Part shown: positions 1 to 12,065 of the stretch, piece by piece
Layout: every line of letters starts with the position of its first letter
Numbering within the stretch: position 1 is the stretch's first letter
Assembly (NCBI RefSeq): GCF_000181795.1
Contig: NW_003526943.1
Span: 4,775,710 to 4,815,326, forward strand
Direction: 5' to 3'
Origin: Trichinella spiralis
Lineage: Eukaryota
Length of the DNA stretch: 39,617 nucleotides
Translations under genes and position numbers: made by a program
Notes under the pieces: generated by a model
The model's database searches: none
Seen by the model: only the letters and a program-made list of their open reading frames with translations
Told to the model about the DNA's origin: nothing

Positions 1-3000
1 TTACAGAATTAGCTTCTAAATATAACAGAAAACAAAACCCGCATATTTTAAATGCCAATCAAAATCTCCCCCCCCGAAATGGATAAATAATGCCACGATA
101 CTGGACACGACTGATGAATGCCGCTTTAAAATATTTAAATAATGTAATTAAATTTTTCATTGGCATATAACTGATCAGCAAGTTTAAGCAAAGAATTTAT
201 TAATTTATGTGAAAAAGAATATACCATGAACATTCTTGGGAAAAGTAATCAATGATTTATATTATTAAAAATTTCGACTTTATTATTTAGTTCACAGTGA
301 AATAAAAAAGCAGATAATTTATATCAAGCAAACGATAAATCATGAATTGATTTTAAAGCATTCATTATTTTTATATGAATAATGCAAAACTATTGTACCA
401 TTATGTGGATAGATAGTATATTTTCAAATTTTGGAGAAATTTTTGCTCTTAAAGTGAATGCACATCACTTTTTGCATCTTCATTTATGTAACATTTGCTG
501 TTGTTATGAATAATTAAAAGTAATCTTCATATTTTATGATGTTACAACTTTTCATCCTAATGTAATTTTTTCAGGGATTGATGAATATTTGAAGTCTGCA
601 AAGATATGAAGATTTATTTTTGAAACGTGAAAGTATTGTTCAATACTTTGGTTAAATACGCTACTAACTCACATATACGATAAAAATAAATCTAAAAAAT
701 ATGCTATGAAACAGTAATAAAAATTTCATTTTTCAAGCATTTATGTTAATACATTTTCTAAAGTAACAGATGCATTATCGAAAATTTTGCATTTCATCAA
801 AACCTTTTTATTTTAACTTAGTTCAATTTCAAATAAATGCTTTTGAATTTTTATATTTAGCAGTATATATTTAATAACATATAATAACAATCAAATGGAC
901 CATTATGATTGTTTTGAATTTTACGGTTGATTGGAGACTGTGCATGAATTCATTTTTATTGATGCCATGGAAATATTTATTTATTCAGTTTGAGGTTAAA
1001 TTAAAAATAATAAAACTTTATTTTATAAAAGACGCCAAATTTTCGAAATATGAATATTCAAATAACTTGCTGTGGAAATTAAAAAATAATATTTTCTAAG
1101 GATTTCAACACTTTAGCATTTTATTAATTTTTAATAGTAATATTTAAATAATAATGTGAATTCAAATCAACTGTAAAAGCATTTTATGCAGGTTTGTTCC
1201 AAATTCATCCTTCATCCAGAATGATGCACTGTAAGTTTTGATGCAAATGAAATTCAAACTTAAGATATAGGATATTTTGTAAATTTATATATTCCTTATA
1301 TCTGCCACTAATTATGATAAAAGCAACGTTTGAAATGGATTTTGACTGCAGAAAATAGTTTTACAAATTTTTAGTCGCTAACTTGTACTTTTCAGCCAAA
1401 CTGAAAATCAGCTTTTGTATTCAGCAACTAACGTATCAGGACCAGATAGATGATTGTTGAATTGAAATGAAATAGATGCAAAAATTGAAAGTTGAAAGCA
1501 AACGGATATTTCCCAACAGAGTGAATATTGACTTGACATGGTATGATGAAAGTCATCAATTGAAGAAGTTACAGATAGATCAGACAACAATGCCATTCTG
1601 ACTGTGTGCTGAAATAAAGGTAATTAACAGGGCTGACTATCGATTAACAAGGTACGTTTATTTTCTGAGCAATAAAATATTTATGGTTATCCAGTTGAAT
1701 GACGTGCGCGCCGTTTCGTTTCCATGCAACGTCAGAACGTTATTCTTACTGAATTACATACAGTAAGTTTATTACTCTTGAACAACAGCCAGCCTGTGAA
1801 TGATTGGTTGGATATTGGTAAAATGAAAGTGCAAACAATGAGAATATGGCCGGTCACCATCGTCGCAGTGTCAAAACGCAGGCGAGCGTATTTCCGTTGA
1901 ATCGTCCTCAGCTCTGCACTGCTTCGCATAGGATGCACCAATCAGATCTGCAACAGTTATTGACTCACCAACTAACTACACTTTGCAAATTGTCCTCTGC
2001 ATAGCTGGTCTTGTGCTGATGAAATTTTTATGAAACATTTGTGCTTGCATAATAGTTGAACAAAAAATTTTCCAACGACAACGTTTTCACATGCTAATTA
2101 TGTCCCGCTGTTGCCAAGCGATTCTACGGACAGTTAGCCAACTAACCAACCAAACGGCATGTGGATTTTATGAACCATAGCAGATCGAAGCAATTAATGT
2201 GATCATGTTAAAAATAAAAATAACAATTTTCTACCAATTTAACATGCTCCGGTCATCAAATATTTAAATCTTTACAAGAAAAATTATAATTGCTCCATCT
2301 CAAATTTATCACCTTAAATTCTGCATGTTGAATGTAAACCATCCCCTTGGCTTGCAGGTTTCGCTATGAAAGAAACAGGAAATGTCAAGAAACCTTTTGA
2401 ATTTACAATAATGCTTTTCATCTAATGCAGACAGTTCTGATGAATACATTACAATATTATCCAGTCATAATTGCATGTAAATTTTTAATCTGCTGTTATT
2501 ATACTTATATAATGATGTCAAATTTACTGAATCAACGAACGACCATAGCTGATTTTCATTCTTCTATAAATAATTAGTAATAAAAAATTACAAACATCTG
2601 TAATGTTCGCAGTCATGGATTTTTAAAATCCCTATTAAAAAACGTTTATGATCATTCAAATTTAATTAATAATGCTCGATGAATCCTATATTCAAATTTA
2701 ATAAATAGTGATATTGAAGCATTTTTATATCAATATTTAAAAAAATATTTTATCATTAAACTGAAAAGGATTCTAAAAATTCTTCAGTTCTGATCAAAAA
2801 TTATTGATTTTTCATATATTATTAAGATTGTAAATAATAAATGGTGTTCGAAGATTTGTTTCAAATGCAATAACAAATTCTCTTTCATTGTTCATGCTTG
2901 TGAACTTTTGTTTATACGTAATAAATGATGATATGATCACAAAATAACAATTTTTGAACAAAAACAAAAATCTCCATGTTCTAATATTTTTCAAATTTCA

Positions 3001-4567
3001 GAAAGGATCATTTTAATTATTTACATTTACTAATATGCATTAAACATTAATAAAAACAAAAGTAATCCAATTTTTTCTGCTACATTTATAATATTTTTTG
3101 TTTCTGTTTCTCTTAATATTATTTTGATATTTTGTGCATTTAGAAACATTTAATTGTAATCTTTTTGATACTAAAAAGTATAAATTTAAATGTTTACGAA
3201 CTTTAAGATCAATAATTAAATTTATAATACTACTGTAAACTGACATAAGCATTTTTGTTTCACAAATTTTAAGTCGGTAATTTTTGTAAAATGCAAAAAA
3301 ATATTTATTTATATGTTTACCATTCGCTTTTGTATAAAGTTAAGCCTCTGCTGTATTTTATGTTAATTAACAAATTCAAAATCTAGGTGTCATCATTTGC
3401 AATGCATTTAAAAAACAAATGAAATAATATACTCTAAAAAGAGTGTATTAAAAAATTTTAATGTTATCACAGAATAACATAAATTATAAATTATATACAA
3501 ACGTAGAAAAAATAATAACCAAAATAATTTTAATTCAGTGATTGAATAGAGCAATTCCTTATCAAATAAAAGTTTAATTGAAAAGTTGACATGTTGAGGT
3601 GGAAAAGTTTTATATTTTTTCTTGTGATACGTGATAATAGTATAAAATGTTTTGTGAAACTTTTCAAAAATCCAACTGAACAGTCAATTTTCCACTGCTA
3701 TTAATTTCGCAATTGCGCTTTCAAAATATTTACATTTATGTCAATCAAAATATAATTTTATTTTACATAATAAAACAGATTATTATGTGATTTTGTCAGA
3801 AAAATTTCACATCATCATCATATACTTAGGATCAAAGAAAAAATAATTTTAAAAATAGCATATAAAGTTGAACAAATGTGTTGCAGATATTATCTTTGCC
3901 CTTTAGTAAAGTGTAGTCTGAAATTTTAATATGCAAGGTAAAAAATTCGTGCAACAGCAAAGAATTTTAAATAGCAAAAAGTCCTGTTAAGGTCATTTTC
4001 GAACCAACAAAATTTACTGTCTAAATTGTATATTTTAAAGTTTAGAATTAAAAATCTACATGAAACTACAAGTTCTGTCCTGCATAAATAATAATAAAAC
4101 CATACTCTTTTAATATAAAAAAAGGCTAAAAATTAATATCTCAGAATCACGGTGTAAACAAAGAAAGTGTTAAGCAAAAGTCTTGTTCTAAAAATTTATT
4201 TGCAAAAAAGAAATAACCCTAAAAGTACTGAAGAATGAGCGCTTATTTTAAGAATATTTTAAATCTGTTAAACAGCACAAATTGCTGGATGCTAAAAAAA
4301 CGTGAGAACTAAGCAACATCATTTCAAATAAAAATGAATAAGCTTTCCAATAAACCACTACTTTTGTGCGTAACATGAAACAAGACATCATCTTATTATT
4401 AGTGGCATAAATTATTTTGTTGTATTATTTGATGCAAGAATAAAAGGAAATTCGGAAATTTGTTGCGCACAAAATTATTAATCAATAAAAAATGAACACA
4501 GAAATATTACTACTTGACGAAGAACGGTTATAATAATATGCATCATGCGTTCATTTGACCAGTTCAA
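1..4567. repeat. Copy 1 of a ~4.6 kb near-identical direct duplication (partner 12066-16632)
   Basis: Starts ttacagaattagcttc at both 1 and 12066 and stays colinear to gacc(a)agttcaa at 4567/16632, with scattered SNPs and small indels. The ORF track also shows the twin ORFs 1408-1596 and 13471-13659. Confidence 0.95.
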
Positions 4568-4577
4568 NNNNNNNNNN

Positions 4578-4822
4578 TTGCTCGACTGAATAGCATCGGT
4601 CTCTGTGCCAACACCAATTTCAACTGTATTAACAGCCACATCTGTCATTGTGGAAACATCCACTTTATTCGGTGAGACCTTCACTCTGCTGCCACTGAAA
4701 AATCGCTTGATGCGATTTTTCGGCACTTTCCCAGGTTTCGTATTTTCGTCGACTTCCACAGCACGAGAAACACCAACAAGGTGCGTGCCTTCTGGGGATG
4801 ACTGAATATAACGAAGAGCCAT
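4578..4822 (-). CDS. GMNN: Geminin-like protein, N-terminal part (truncated by the N-gap)
   Basis: MALRYIQSSPEGTHLVG...DEN resembles the vertebrate geminin N-terminal segment (RTLKMIQPSASGSLVGREN). An acceptor ttcagcag lies just upstream of the ATG. A matching coiled-coil C-terminus lies at 17476-17617 on the same strand. Confidence 0.55.
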
Positions 4823-5287
4823 TTCAAGACCTGCTGAAGAAAATTTAATTAAGAACTAATCGCATTATTAATGCAACAATTGGATTATTTGAAATAAAGA
4901 TTAAAAATAAAATAAAATAAAATAAAATAATTAAAGCAAAGCACTGTAAAAACAAAGTTACTGAAAACTAAAAAGAAAACACAAACAACGATCTTCAACT
5001 CCGCGCGTTACACAACAAACTGAAATTCACAATTAAAAGTTCATCATACAGTTAATGATATGCAGGTATAAAACATGTCGGTCAATTTCATTCAAACTTA
5101 CTGTAAACTAAGCTTGCAGAAACAAATAAAATTTATTTCACTGTTTATGAAAAAGTATAGTTCTGTTATTTTTTTACTTTTTATATTATTCATTTTGAAT
5201 TTTTTCGCTTTTTGTTCATGCTTATCGTTTTTATACTTAACAAATTTTCAAATTATACTGTAGAAGCAAATTTCTGTTTCCAACGGT

Positions 5288-5690
5288 TGTGCGGAGAACA
5301 GACAGTACGTATTCTGACTCTCAAGATAAGTGGACTGTATTGTGCAAATAGCGACGGTTCAATTGACTGCTGATTGGCGCAAAGAATAACGAGAATTTAG
5401 GAGCGGCTTTTATTAATAACTCAAAGGAGGATAGGCAAACACGATTCAAACACAAAGCAACTTTGTGCCGTACGCGCACGAAGATCGCTCCTCACTCTGT
5501 ATCTATCTGACACTCGCACACACTTCAACTGGCTGCTTTTATACAGCGTTCGAGCGTTGTTGTACTTTTATCTTTGCGTAACTTACGCAGCCTCTTTTTA
5601 ACTCACGCACACACACACACATGTGCTTGCCGGCAGCATGTGACTCTGCTACGAGGGGGTGCGATTTGAACTGCCGCCAACCTCGGTTAG
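5288..5690 (-). mobile_element. Possible LTR remnant of the adjacent BEL/Pao element
   Basis: GC-richer non-coding island starting TGT, with an AATAAA on the minus strand (~5408-5413), directly downstream of the gag/protease remnant. No second LTR copy is seen and the boundaries are uncertain. Confidence 0.3.
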
Positions 5691-5749
5691 TCTGCAGTCG
5701 CTGCATACTGCACCAAAGCATGCTTTCACATGCTGATACTTTTTCGTTG

Positions 5750-6290
5750 AGCCGCCGTTACCACCGACTTATCCTTCAGACCAAGGGCGTCACAAAAGTC
5801 CCTACTGATCAAAGTTTGCCAGGAACCAGTGACAAGCAGAGAGCTTACCGCCATGGAGTTCTCACTGACTCTGAAAGTCGGGCACGGGCAGTCTGAAAAA
5901 TAACGTTTCTCCTATACAAGACCAGACAACCTCGAACTTTCTCTTCCGACTACACCGGGGCCGGTTCCTCAGTTCCCGGTTCGCTTGCTGTCGCGTACAG
6001 CAAGGCATGTTGCTGCTTACCACATCCTGACTTTGGACATGGTTTCTTCACGAAACATGTGACCAGACAAGTCTTCAAGCAGCAGTAGCTCAAACAGCGC
6101 TTCTGCGCATCGAGTTTGACAAACTCTCGGCACTGTACCGGAGAGTGCACCCCTGATAGTGACAGGGCAATGAATCTTCACCAACATTTGAAACATTTCA
6201 GTGCCGGTGTACCGAGCCTCAGTTTTCACAGACCGTTCCCAGAATTCCAGAAATTTTTGCATTCGCTTCTTCCAATAATCCGCGTTTCAT
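5750..6290 (-). mobile_element. Decayed BEL/Pao LTR retrotransposon, gag Cys/His knuckles plus aspartic protease
   Basis: Minus-strand translations HSPVQCREFVKLDAQKR..CCLK....CFVKKPCPKSGCGKQQHALLY (Pao gag C/H cluster), then VIFQTARARL and, after a frameshift, SSLLVTGSWQTLISRDFCDALGL (degenerate LLDTGS protease motif at ~5822-5840). Confidence 0.8.
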
Positions 6291-6574
6291 TTTTTTGAGA
6301 ACTTGATCGTTTAAATTTCAAAACGGTGTGTTATTGCTGTTTGTTTGCTTGTGAGAAAGCAATTTCCCAGCTCAAAAACAACAAACAATCACGTCAATCG
6401 GTCAGTTGCTTTCAAATCAGAAAATGAAAAATAAATATTAAAAACAGTTTTTCTGAAGTTTGATTTAAAAAAAGAATTTATTGTAAATTTTATAAATTTC
6501 AATAAAATGCAAAAGGAATAATACATTGAACAGTAAGCAGACAGTAAAGCAGAACTGATTGAGAAATGAATTTT

Positions 6575-7244
6575 TCACGCTGATCCTTCGTCCGAACTTC
6601 TCTGTGCTCGAAATTTCACAATTTGGTCACGCAACCAAGCGACCTTTTCTTCTGCCATCAGTTTGAACCTGAGCTGAGAATAAGAAGATCCTTCATGCGC
6701 TGCACCAACGCCAACATCACCTAGATAATTGAGCTGCTCGTCGATCATCTTTTCCGCTAATGCGAGCTTTCTCAAAAATTCAATCGCTTGATTTTCAGCC
6801 TATTTTTACAAAATTGAACAAATTAAATTGCCTTAAATTGCATTAACATCATGCATGTTATTCAAGATATATAAGGTGATGAAAAAAGAAATTAAACAAA
6901 ATGCTCACAAAAGCCAAACATTCATTTTGCAAATGAATCAAAAAAATTTGCAACTGTTCGTAGATTGGAACCAAAAAAATGTATTAAGCATTAGTAAAAA
7001 TAAAACACCAGATGCAAAATTGCAAAAATTCAAAATACCCCTTGGAGATGTTGTGAAATTGATGATATTATTAATTATCTACCTGCCGTGAAGCGGTTTT
7101 GTCTTTGCTCACTTCGGCCAAACACTGGCCTGCGCACTGCATCATCTGCACGATGTTGCGTTCTGCTTCGTCCAGTCTGGACAAACGTTCGCTGAACGTC
7201 ATATTGAAACCGTCACCTCTCGACATTTGGTCATTACCCTCCAT
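6575..7244 (-). CDS. MED11: Mediator complex subunit 11, 2 coding exons (7244-7083, 6799-6575), 128 aa
   Basis: Spliced GT-AG phase-0 product ...ERLSRLDEAERNIVQMMQCAGQCLAEVSKDK...EQLNYLGDVGVGAAHEGSSYSQ... contains the MED11 HEGSSY signature and the N-terminal ERL..L...E helix. Confidence 0.93.
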
Positions 7245-7760
7245 CGATATTCTTCACCTGCAATGCAATGCACACAATTAATTACCCAGTGGAAAAGTGA
7301 TTAATTTACTGACAACAATTGTCATTTATAAATTATGCACAATTTTCTCATTTTTCAACAATTATTTAAATCTACTTCAAATCTCAAACATTATAAAGAT
7401 GCAGAATAACACAATTGGTAGAGTTATTTTCCTTCTCAATCGATAATTATTATTATCAATTAGCAGTAATACTGAATATTTCAAAATTGTAATTTTCAAA
7501 AAATGAAAAACTACATCACGACGAATGATCAAAAATAAAATAATGGTATCAAAAACCATTTGAACCAACACAATTTGTGGAGAGTAGTTAGCAGTGTTGT
7601 TTATTTCTGATCATCGTATCAATTAATTAATTAATATTCGCACAGTGAACGTGGATGAAGTTGAAATTTTAATTAATTTACATAAAAACCAAGCCAAGAC
7701 AAGTGAAAATACAGCAAGCAGCCTGAGAACAATGGCTGTGGCAAAGTAAAATTAAGCACA

Positions 7761-7785
7761 GTAGTAGTAGTAGTAGTAGTAGTAG
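7761..7785. repeat. (GTA)n microsatellite in the Shroom 3' UTR
   Basis: About 8 perfect GTA units. Confidence 0.9.
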
Positions 7786-7810
7786 AAGGAGAATGTGGAA
7801 AAGCAAAAAT

Positions 7811-9570
7811 TCAACTTCTTTCCAAAACTTCTTTCTGCTCTTCGCCAAGTAGAATTTTTTCCTCAATTTCCTGAGTCTCGGCCAACAGTTTACTTTTCAT
7901 TCGTATGAAATATTGATAATCGACCAGCTGTTCTTCGCTGAGCATTTGGGTTAAAAATTTGGCAAGCTGGCTACCACGACGATGCAAATCCTCTTTCAAC
8001 TCTTTCGCATCTTCAAGCTGTTCCAATAGCACAGCATGACGCTTTTTCGCCGCCAACTGAAACAACACGAAATTATACCATAAACAGTTATGCTAATTTC
8101 ACTTTGATATTCGTATTGTGAAACAAGTTGAACAACAATTTAACATGCAATTAAATAAAATTAAATGAAAACCGTTCATGCTGAAAGTGAATTCATTTAG
8201 TTTACACATATGCAACAAATTATTTGCACTGACCATTTCTTCATCATTGTTCGAATCACTGTCACCGGCTCGGCTCAAGATCCGCCCAACTCGGCGAAAC
8301 TGTGATGCTAATTTCAACAACAATCTGGTAATCTTGTCCACATCTTCTACATATATTGCCACCTTCTCCTTTTGCGCAATGGAAACGTTGTCCAACGCGG
8401 CGATCACAGCCAACAATTCAGTTCCCATTGATTCGTTGGTTTTGATCTCTTCTTCAATAACCCTTTTCTCCTCTTTCAGCACTTTCAACTTTCGACTGAG
8501 ACGACTGATCAAGTCGAACTGAAATGATCATTATCATTATTAATCTTTGGATTTCAAATGCTCTCCGATGGTAATCTCAATCATCATAAACATAAATAAG
8601 TGAAATAAATAAAAATAGCAATTGAAAAACAAGCACAGCAGCACTTGTTTGTCATCCATTGTTATCCGTTAACTTCTTCAAAAGCAATCAAACTCAATTT
8701 ACGAGGTTGTATTGTTAACAATGGCACATATTCTCTACCTATTATAACTGTTTATATTCAGTTTCCAAGCATTTACAATTATTATTATTATTATTATCGT
8801 TGCTATTCAGCATGCAATGAAGAAAAGCTTTTTTTCGTTGTAAAATAAATTTCTATTTCAATCAATCTAAACGTTTTCTCCCCTTTTACTAATTTGATAA
8901 AATAACCAGTTTAAACTTGAAACTGATTCATTTTTTAAATTTTAAAGTAAAATAAATGCTTCAATAAAAAACGAAAAATTCAATCATCCAATTTCAATAA
9001 AATAAATAATAAAAATTGCAAATTTCTCAAAAGAAAAGCACTGTTGAATAAATAAATAAATAAATGGTCGTCGCATTATTCAAAGTGCAATGATGTTGTT
9101 CAATTATTGTTGTAACTGTTGCAACGACAATAGAAAGTGGTGCACTGCAATTGCATTCAACCGCATACAGATCCTATTATTCTCATAATTTGTCACAGTT
9201 TCGAGCACAGCCAACGGTATGCGCAAAACAACAAACATATTGCCGGCAAAATGTTAAAATGAGTATGGTATAAAAAATAATTTAGAAAAAAACGACTGCA
9301 TTCCGGCAGATGAAGCTTAAACGGAAGTAGAATTGAAGAGAAAAAAAAGTAAACGTAAAAAATTATAATTTGCAAAACGTGCTTAAGCAAAAGGCTTCAT
9401 TCTATTCTGTGTCCTTCAAATGCAAATAACGAACAATTTTAAAAAATTTAATTTTAACAAACATATACAAGAAAAACCAAAATAAATACAAGCATACATA
9501 CCTTTTCTTTTTTCAAGTTCGGCCGTGTTCTGCACCGAGATCGGATTTTTCAACGAAACTCTGGGCCTGT
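7811..9570 (-). CDS. Shroom: Shroom family protein, C-terminal ASD2/SD2 domain; exons ~9570-9502, 8518-8234, 8056-7811; 5' part lost in low-quality sequence and gap
   Basis: Phase-0 GT-AG splicing gives ELEKRK|FDLISRLSRKLKVLKEE...DVDKITRLLLKLASQFRRV...EEM|LAAKKR..LLEQLEDAKELKEDLHRR...LSEEQLVDYQYFIRMKSKLLAETQEIEEKILLGEEQ, which matches the Shroom SD2 consensus (EDAKELKE..DRRE; LSEEQL.DY.HFVKMK..L; KIKLGEEQ). Confidence 0.93.
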
Positions 9571-9900
9571 GACACAAAGGGGTGTGCGCGGGGGTCTGTC
9601 AGCGTCTCCGGTCCCCGCACCACAAGGGCTGGGCCACGCCCGAGAGGGGGTGGTTCATTCATGGGCAAACAATAAAAAATCCCGAGGGGTTTGGCCAGAG
9701 GGGCCCCCTTTCCCGGTTTCCGCAGGGGGCCCCTCTTTGGGGAAAAAATTTTTTTCCCCTTTTAAAAGAGGGGACTTTTTTCCCCCCCTTGGAAAGGAAA
9801 AAGTTTAAAAAGAGGGGGGGTTTTTCGGAGAACCGGGGGGGGGTTTCTTGGGGTTTAAAACGGGGGAAAAAAATTTTTCCCCCCAAAAAAATTGTTTTTT
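9570..9900. other. Low-quality read-end sequence (base-calling artefact)
   Basis: Dense G/C/A/T homopolymer runs that worsen toward the N-gap. The Shroom exon frame degrades into it. Confidence 0.85.
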
Positions 9901-12065
9901 NNNNNNNNNNNNNNNNNNNNNNNNNNNNNNNNNNNNNNNNNNNNNNNNNNNNNNNNNNNNNNNNNNNNNNNNNNNNNNNNNNNNNNNNNNNNNNNNNNNN
10001 NNNNNNNNNNNNNNNNNNNNNNNNNNNNNNNNNNNNNNNNNNNNNNNNNNNNNNNNNNNNNNNNNNNNNNNNNNNNNNNNNNNNNNNNNNNNNNNNNNNN
10101 NNNNNNNNNNNNNNNNNNNNNNNNNNNNNNNNNNNNNNNTTTAAAACCCAAAAAATATCTGAAAAATAATAATTGTTTTGGAAGAAAATTATGATAATTT
10201 GTAGCTTTCAGATTTTTTAAGTTTTGCAACAATCTATATTCATCCAACAATTTTATACTAACAAGCAAAAGCTAACTGTTTACTTTGCATGAAAAAAATT
10301 TTTTTGGTAGTCAGCTGCTGCAAAATATTATATCACTGTCAAGCGGTTTTATGTTATTGCAATCACGTTGCTTTTTTACTTGGGGGGGGGTGTTAAAAAA
10401 AATATTGCAATTTTCTTATTCATACGGAACTTTCTTTATGATAAAAAAAGGGAAATGAACTATTTCAAAAATATATACATCAAAGTTATTTGGATCATTT
10501 TATGAAAGTGCCCCTTTGGTTATCAACACGGCAAAATGGGGGTTATATATATAAAAAGAAAGAGAACTTCATGCTATGAAGTATAATTGAAATAAGCACT
10601 GCATTAGTAACACATTGAATAAAAAACACCATTATTTTCTCAGAGGGTTATCAGTTTATTTAGCATTTCAGCAAAAGTTTTTTTTTCATTGTTGTGATTC
10701 TAGTTTGGAAAAACTTGTAGCCTGTCGATTTTATTTATTGGTAATTTTCATTACACAAAAAATACTTTTAAAAATATTTTACTATATTTTCAACATTCTC
10801 TCCTAAATCAAGTGCTGCTAATACTATCTTTATATAAATAATGAAATCCTACCTCATATGTATATGCACTGATTTTGTATGGAAAATTTATTTAGTATAC
10901 TTTATTTATTAATGAATTTTAAAATTTAAAGCACATTTACAAATTTTAAGGTTCTACAATTAAGCTTAAAGATTAAATAGCTTTTTATGTGTGTTATTTT
11001 GCAACATTCTGATTATAGAAATTTCAAAAAAATTTAATGAATTCATATTTCTTTAGCATTTGCTGACAATATTATTGAGATTGCAACAACAGCAAAATGA
11101 GAAAGTATTTGACTGTGCAAGAGAAATTAATGAAATATTCAACAGTGGCGCAATTGAAGGAAACCTATTTCAGAATATAACAATTTAAGATTTAAATTTC
11201 TAAATTATGTTAAAAAAATAAGTGAAGAGAATTTTAAAAAATTCAGTTTACAATTCATTTTTAATACATTTTTAAAACTGCTTATCAAACTGAACCAGTA
11301 TTTCTGTATAAAATGTCAAAGAAAGATCAGAGTTATAAAATATTCCCGTATTAAAAATGATATATAAATAAATTAAGAAGGTATGATTATTTAAAAGAGA
11401 ACAGATCAAACTGCAAGAATTCCTTTCTTACTTAAAGAAAGTACTTTAAGTAACAATGCATAAAATAACAGAGTGAATAAATTAAATCCATCTATAGTGT
11501 TTTAGCCAATGACGTCTGTAATTATCATGTGAAGATCTTGTCATATAAAAGTGTCAGAGAAGAACAGTGCAGTTTGTTTATGCGATGGATCAATAATGGA
11601 AAGAATAACAATTGCTAATTTTCAAAATATCAATTGCCATCAGATATATCATTTCTCAGATGAAGTGAAGTGAAACAATTCATCAAAAAATTTTTATAAC
11701 TTAAAAGCCATTGTTAGAACATGATAAGAAATTAAATAAAAGATATTTTACATGAAACAAAATTTAGTCCAATTGAAATTGTAAATTAAATTTTATTATT
11801 AGAGGAAATTAATAAATTATTCAAAAACGCAATTATATATCTGAATGTTTGAATTTTGTAGAATCTTTTATCAATGATTTTATGAATTATGGCAGCATCA
11901 GTAATAAATTAGAAAGTAAATGTCGAATAATATTGTTATAGAATAATATTTTAGCAGTTAAAGATGTTTCCACAATAAAAGCTTAAAGAATATTCTTAAA
12001 AGCATTAAACGACTGAAACAAATGATAAACATGCAAGATGTGAATAAAACTTAATCCACAAAAAA

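Noticed and set aside
7761..7785. (CUA)n in the Shroom 3' UTR as a STAR-protein binding array
   Set aside because: Does not match the ACUAAY/ACUCA consensus; a simple microsatellite suffices.
9569..10268. Gly/Pro/Phe/Lys-rich ORFs
   Set aside because: Products of homopolymer-rich low-quality sequence and N runs.
10514..10524. ctttggttatc, partial match to miR-9
   Set aside because: Only 11 nt match, the 3' half differs and there is no convincing hairpin.
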